Assembly: GCA_950097015.1 (NCBI GenBank)
Contig: CATNEN010000038.1
Coordinates: 28,458,001-28,522,000, forward strand
Direction of reading: 5' to 3'
DNA from: Macrostomum hystrix
Taxonomy: Eukaryota > Animalia > Platyhelminthes
DNA: 64,000 nucleotides
Position 1 is the first letter of the stretch, and the number at the start of each line of letters is the position of its first letter. Both the position numbers and the translations under genes were made by a program. The notes under the pieces were generated by a model. It was not told the DNA's origin. It ran no database searches and saw only the letters and a list, made by a program, of their open reading frames with translations. This document shows positions 60,580 to 64,000 of this stretch, piece by piece.

Positions 60580-61115
60580 GAAACCCAGAGCAATGGTCCT
60601 TCACAGAAACCCAGAGCAATGGTCCTTCACAGAAACCAAGAACAATGGTCCTTCACAGAAACCCAGAGCAATGGACCTTCACAGAAACCAAGAACAATGG
60701 TCCTTCACAGAAACCCAGAACAATGGTCCTTCACAGAAACCAAGAACAATGGTCCTTCACAGAAACCCAGAACAATGGACCTTCACAGAAACCCAGAACA
60801 ATGGTCCTTCACAGAAACCCAGAACAATGGTCCTTCACAGAAACTCAGAACAATGGTCCTTCACAGAAACTCAGAACAATGGTCCTTCACAGAAACCCAG
60901 AACAATGGTCCTTCACAGAAACTCAGAACAATGGACCTTCACAGAAACCCAGAACAATGGTCCTTCACAGAAACCCAGAACAATGGTCCTTCACAGAAAC
61001 CCAGAACAATGGACCTTCACAGAAACCCAGAACAATGGTCCTTCACAGAAACCCAGAACAATGGTCCTTCACAGAAACCCAGAACAATGGACCTTCACAG
61101 AAACCCAGAACAATC
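60580..61115. repeat. 26-bp minisatellite, ~20 copies
   Basis: (AACAATGGTCCTTCACAGAAACCCAG)n. Confidence 0.95.
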
Positions 61116-61592
61116 GACCTTTAAAGAAACCCAGGACAGGGATCCTTCAAAAAAAAAGTTTTAAGAACACATGCACGTATCTCTTAGCTGGTGCACAGAA
61201 TTATAATTATATTTTCTAAATATAACTACAATTTAGAAGCTGAATTTAAATGACACAATTAGCAATGAAAAAAAAAACAGGAAAAGTGTGACACAAACTA
61301 CTAAACAAACAAAGACAGTAGTAAATATCGAAAAAAGCAATATCAACAAACAGAAAATGTCCCGTTTCTTTAAATAAGTGAAACGAAAATCAGATGCAGT
61401 AGTTAAGATCAAACGGCAATGAATAAAAGCAATCAGGAAACTGAAAACATGGAGCCATATACTGATAGATTCAGGTCATTTTTTGTTAATAAACATGTGC
61501 CAATATTTCACATTCTCGCTTGAGAAAAACAACAGGATTCAAAAACTGCTCATCGAATATTGCTTGCTAATATCTAAGCATGAAACAGCTGC

Positions 61593-62758
61593 TTAGGGAA
61601 GGGCTGAGTCAGAGGTGTGATACTGCTGCTGCTGCTGCTGGTACAGGCAAGACACCACATCAGCAGCGGCGGCCGCAGCGGCAACAGCGGGGTCTGGCGA
61701 TATGACACCGGACACCAACGCGGAAGAATCCTGCGCTGAATAATCCGACTGTGGCCATGGCAGCCCGTGCTGCTGATGCTGATGAAGATGATGATGCGGC
61801 ACGCCGTGATGACTCATCTGGTCCGGCATCAGTGGCGGGGGAGGCGGCTGCTGCGTCTGCTGCTGCCAGCAGTAATCGTAGCCCGCGCTAGTCTGCCAGC
61901 AGTTGTCCAGACCCTGCTGATGAAGCTGCGGCTGTTCCATCATCAGGTGCGAGGAGGAGGAAGTCTGCGGCTGCGCCGGCGGAGGCGGCAGCGGCTGTTG
62001 AGAGGCGGTCTGCACGCAGGCGCATGTACACAACAGGAACTCGAGCTCATCTGAGCAGGGATTGTGAAAGGCGGCCAGGCTGCAGTGCATCTGGCGGTAC
62101 TCGACTCCGCCATCAATGGCACCGTCGCCAACGGTCCTCAGGCGGCAGGCGGCGGCGCAGTGGGCCTGACCGCGGCCGGCAGCGGCTGCCAGAGCGGCCG
62201 CTCTAAGCCTGGCCCGGTCGGCAGGGGCTGCCAGGTCGGACAGCGGCCGGCCAATCAGATCCGAAGGCCGGTGACCAAGAATGCCGGCGACTCGCTGATC
62301 GCAGAATGTCACCAGCGTGGGATCCGACTCACCGCTGTCCGATCCCGCAGGCGGGCAGATTCTGAGAACAAACTCGGACTGGGACTGGCCTAGAGCTCCC
62401 ATCATTAGCGCCAGCTGCTGCTGCTGCTGCTGCTGCTGAGGAGCAGGATGATGCGGCAGGTCGGGTGGCAGAGCTGTTGGCTGCAGTCTGGCTAGGGCAA
62501 CTAGACAATGTGGCACTGAGGAAGCTGCATCAGCAGCCTCATCCGATTGTACGTGATGATGATGATGCTGCTGCTGCTGTGAGGGCCATTGCTTCAAATA
62601 GCCGGACACATGAGCTATCACGTACTGTTGACCGTCTGTAGCCGGAGCGAGCATTGTGCGCTGCCTCTGGCGCTGGTGCTGATGTTGCGAATCCGGCTGG
62701 GCCATTCTCATCCGGCAGATGAAGGAGCGCCTGGCTCCCATTGTGCTGCGCATGTGGG
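61593..62758 (-). CDS. ARNT: ARNT/tango last coding exon (end of PAS-A, PAS-B, Q-rich tail)
   Basis: Acceptor TTCAATTCCTCAG (AG 62760-62759) in phase; MGARRSFICRMR, HVSGYLKQWP, CLVALARLQ, TFCDQR, FHNPCSDELEFLLCT. Confidence 0.9.
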
Positions 62759-62967
62759 CTGAGGAATTGAAAGAATTCAGGCCAATGCTTGAGATACAGC
62801 GCAGTGAATTAGGAGAATTACTGTTAACAAGCAACAGTAACGGAATGCCAAGCCATTGTCAGAGATGAGAGGTCTAAGAAGCTCGACACAGTGTCTGCGA
62901 GAACTTATTTGAAATGAGCAGGATGCGGTTAATAGAGGTCAGGTGACATAAGCCAAAGAGATTTAAA

Positions 62968-63760
62968 GGTGACTAAAGCAGGATGGAGTCAAAGGTCAGG
63001 TGACTCAAGCAGGATGGAGTCAAAGGTCAGGTGACTCAAGCAGGATGGAGTCAAAGGTCACGAAGACTCTGAAAGCAGGATGGAGTCAAAGGTCAGGTGA
63101 CTCAAGCAGGATGGAGTCAAAGGTCACGAAGACTCTGAAAGCAGGATGGAGTCAAAGGTCAGGTGACTCAAGCAGGATGGAGTCAAAGGTCACGGTGACT
63201 CAAGCAGGATGGAGTCAAAGGTCACGGTGACTCAAGCAGGATGGAGTCAAAGGTCAGGTGACTCAAGCACGATGGAGTCAAAGGTCAGGTGACTCAAGCA
63301 GGATGGAGTCAAAGGTCACGGTGACTCAAGCAGGATGGAGTCAAAGGTCAGGTGACTCAAGCAGGATGGAGTCAAAGGTCAGGTGACTCAAGCAGGATGG
63401 AGTCAAAGGTCAGGTGAATCAGGCAGGATGGAGTCAAAGGTCACGAAGACTCTGAAAGCAGGATGGAGTCAAAGGTCAGGTGACTCAAGCAGGATGGAGT
63501 CAAAGGTCAGGTGACTCAAGCAGGATGGAGTCAAAGGTCACGGTGACTCAAGCAGGATGGAGTCAAAGGTCAGGTGACTCAAGCACGATGGAGTCAAAGG
63601 TCAGGTGACTCAAGCAGGATGGAGTCAAAGGTCAGGTGAATCAGGCAGGATGGGGTCAAAGGTCAGGTGACTCAAGCAGGATGGAGTCAAAGGTCAGGTG
63701 ACTCAAGCAGGAGGGGGTTCAAAGGTCAGGTGAATCAGGCAGGATGGGGTCAAAGGTCAC
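62968..63760. repeat. 31-bp minisatellite in ARNT intron
   Basis: (GTGACTCAAGCAGGATGGAGTCAAAGGTCA[C]G)n, ~24 copies, running up to the splice donor. Confidence 0.95.
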
Positions 63761-63768
63761 GGGCTTAC

Positions 63769-64000
63769 CGTGATAGCCGTCCTTCTTCACGGTACCAGTT
63801 TTGAGGTCCAGAACTCTAGCGGCCGCAGGATCCGCTGATGCTAGCTGGTCGCGAACCTTCTCTCTATCGTCCGGATGCAGCAGGTCGTACAGTGGTCTCT
63901 GATAGCATTCGGCCTGGCTAAAGCCTAGCACTGGACTAACAGAGTCGCTAACATAGACTAGGCGGCCTGTGTCGCACTGGCAGACGAACAGGAACCCGTC
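63769..64000 (-). CDS. ARNT: ARNT/tango bHLH-PAS factor, PAS-A exon (continues beyond the window)
   Basis: [49 protein letters not shown] is diagnostic of ARNT PAS-A; donor GTAAG at 63768, phase 1. Confidence 0.92.

Noticed and set aside
62759-62834. N-terminal part of the 413-aa ORF as a start region
   Set aside because: Intronic; the acceptor at 62760-62759 joins the upstream PAS-A exon in frame

Overview
Eukaryotic, intron-containing animal DNA, rich in minisatellites and poly-Q tracts; a free-living flatworm such as Macrostomum is a guess from sequence style only. 1-10993 is the 3' ~11 kb of an apparently intact Ty3/Gypsy LTR retroelement with an unusual design. One uninterrupted ORF encodes Gag (3 CCHC knuckles), then an internal signal peptide, a herpesvirus-gB-like class III fusion glycoprotein with furin site and TM anchor, a PSAP/YPxI tail, protease, a dUTPase-like domain, RT, RNase H and integrase (order gag-ENV-pol). 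About 3 kb of accessory ORFs follow (an integrase-core-like ORF, an antisense FAST-like small membrane protein, an acidic ORF), then a PPT and 3' LTR inserted into a decayed LINE. The rest holds a divergent two-exon Rab-like GTPase, four intronless C-type lectin/PAN-like paralogues (2 intact, 2 pseudogenes), a three-exon Hox3 gene with no other Hox gene in the window, and the 3' part of a convergent ARNT/tango gene. It also holds hAT MITEs with verifiable 8-bp TSDs, two tRNA-derived SINE families, a solo LTR and about 13 minisatellite arrays. Most long ORFs in the track beyond 37 kb are repeat artefacts. All homology calls are by eye; no searches were run.
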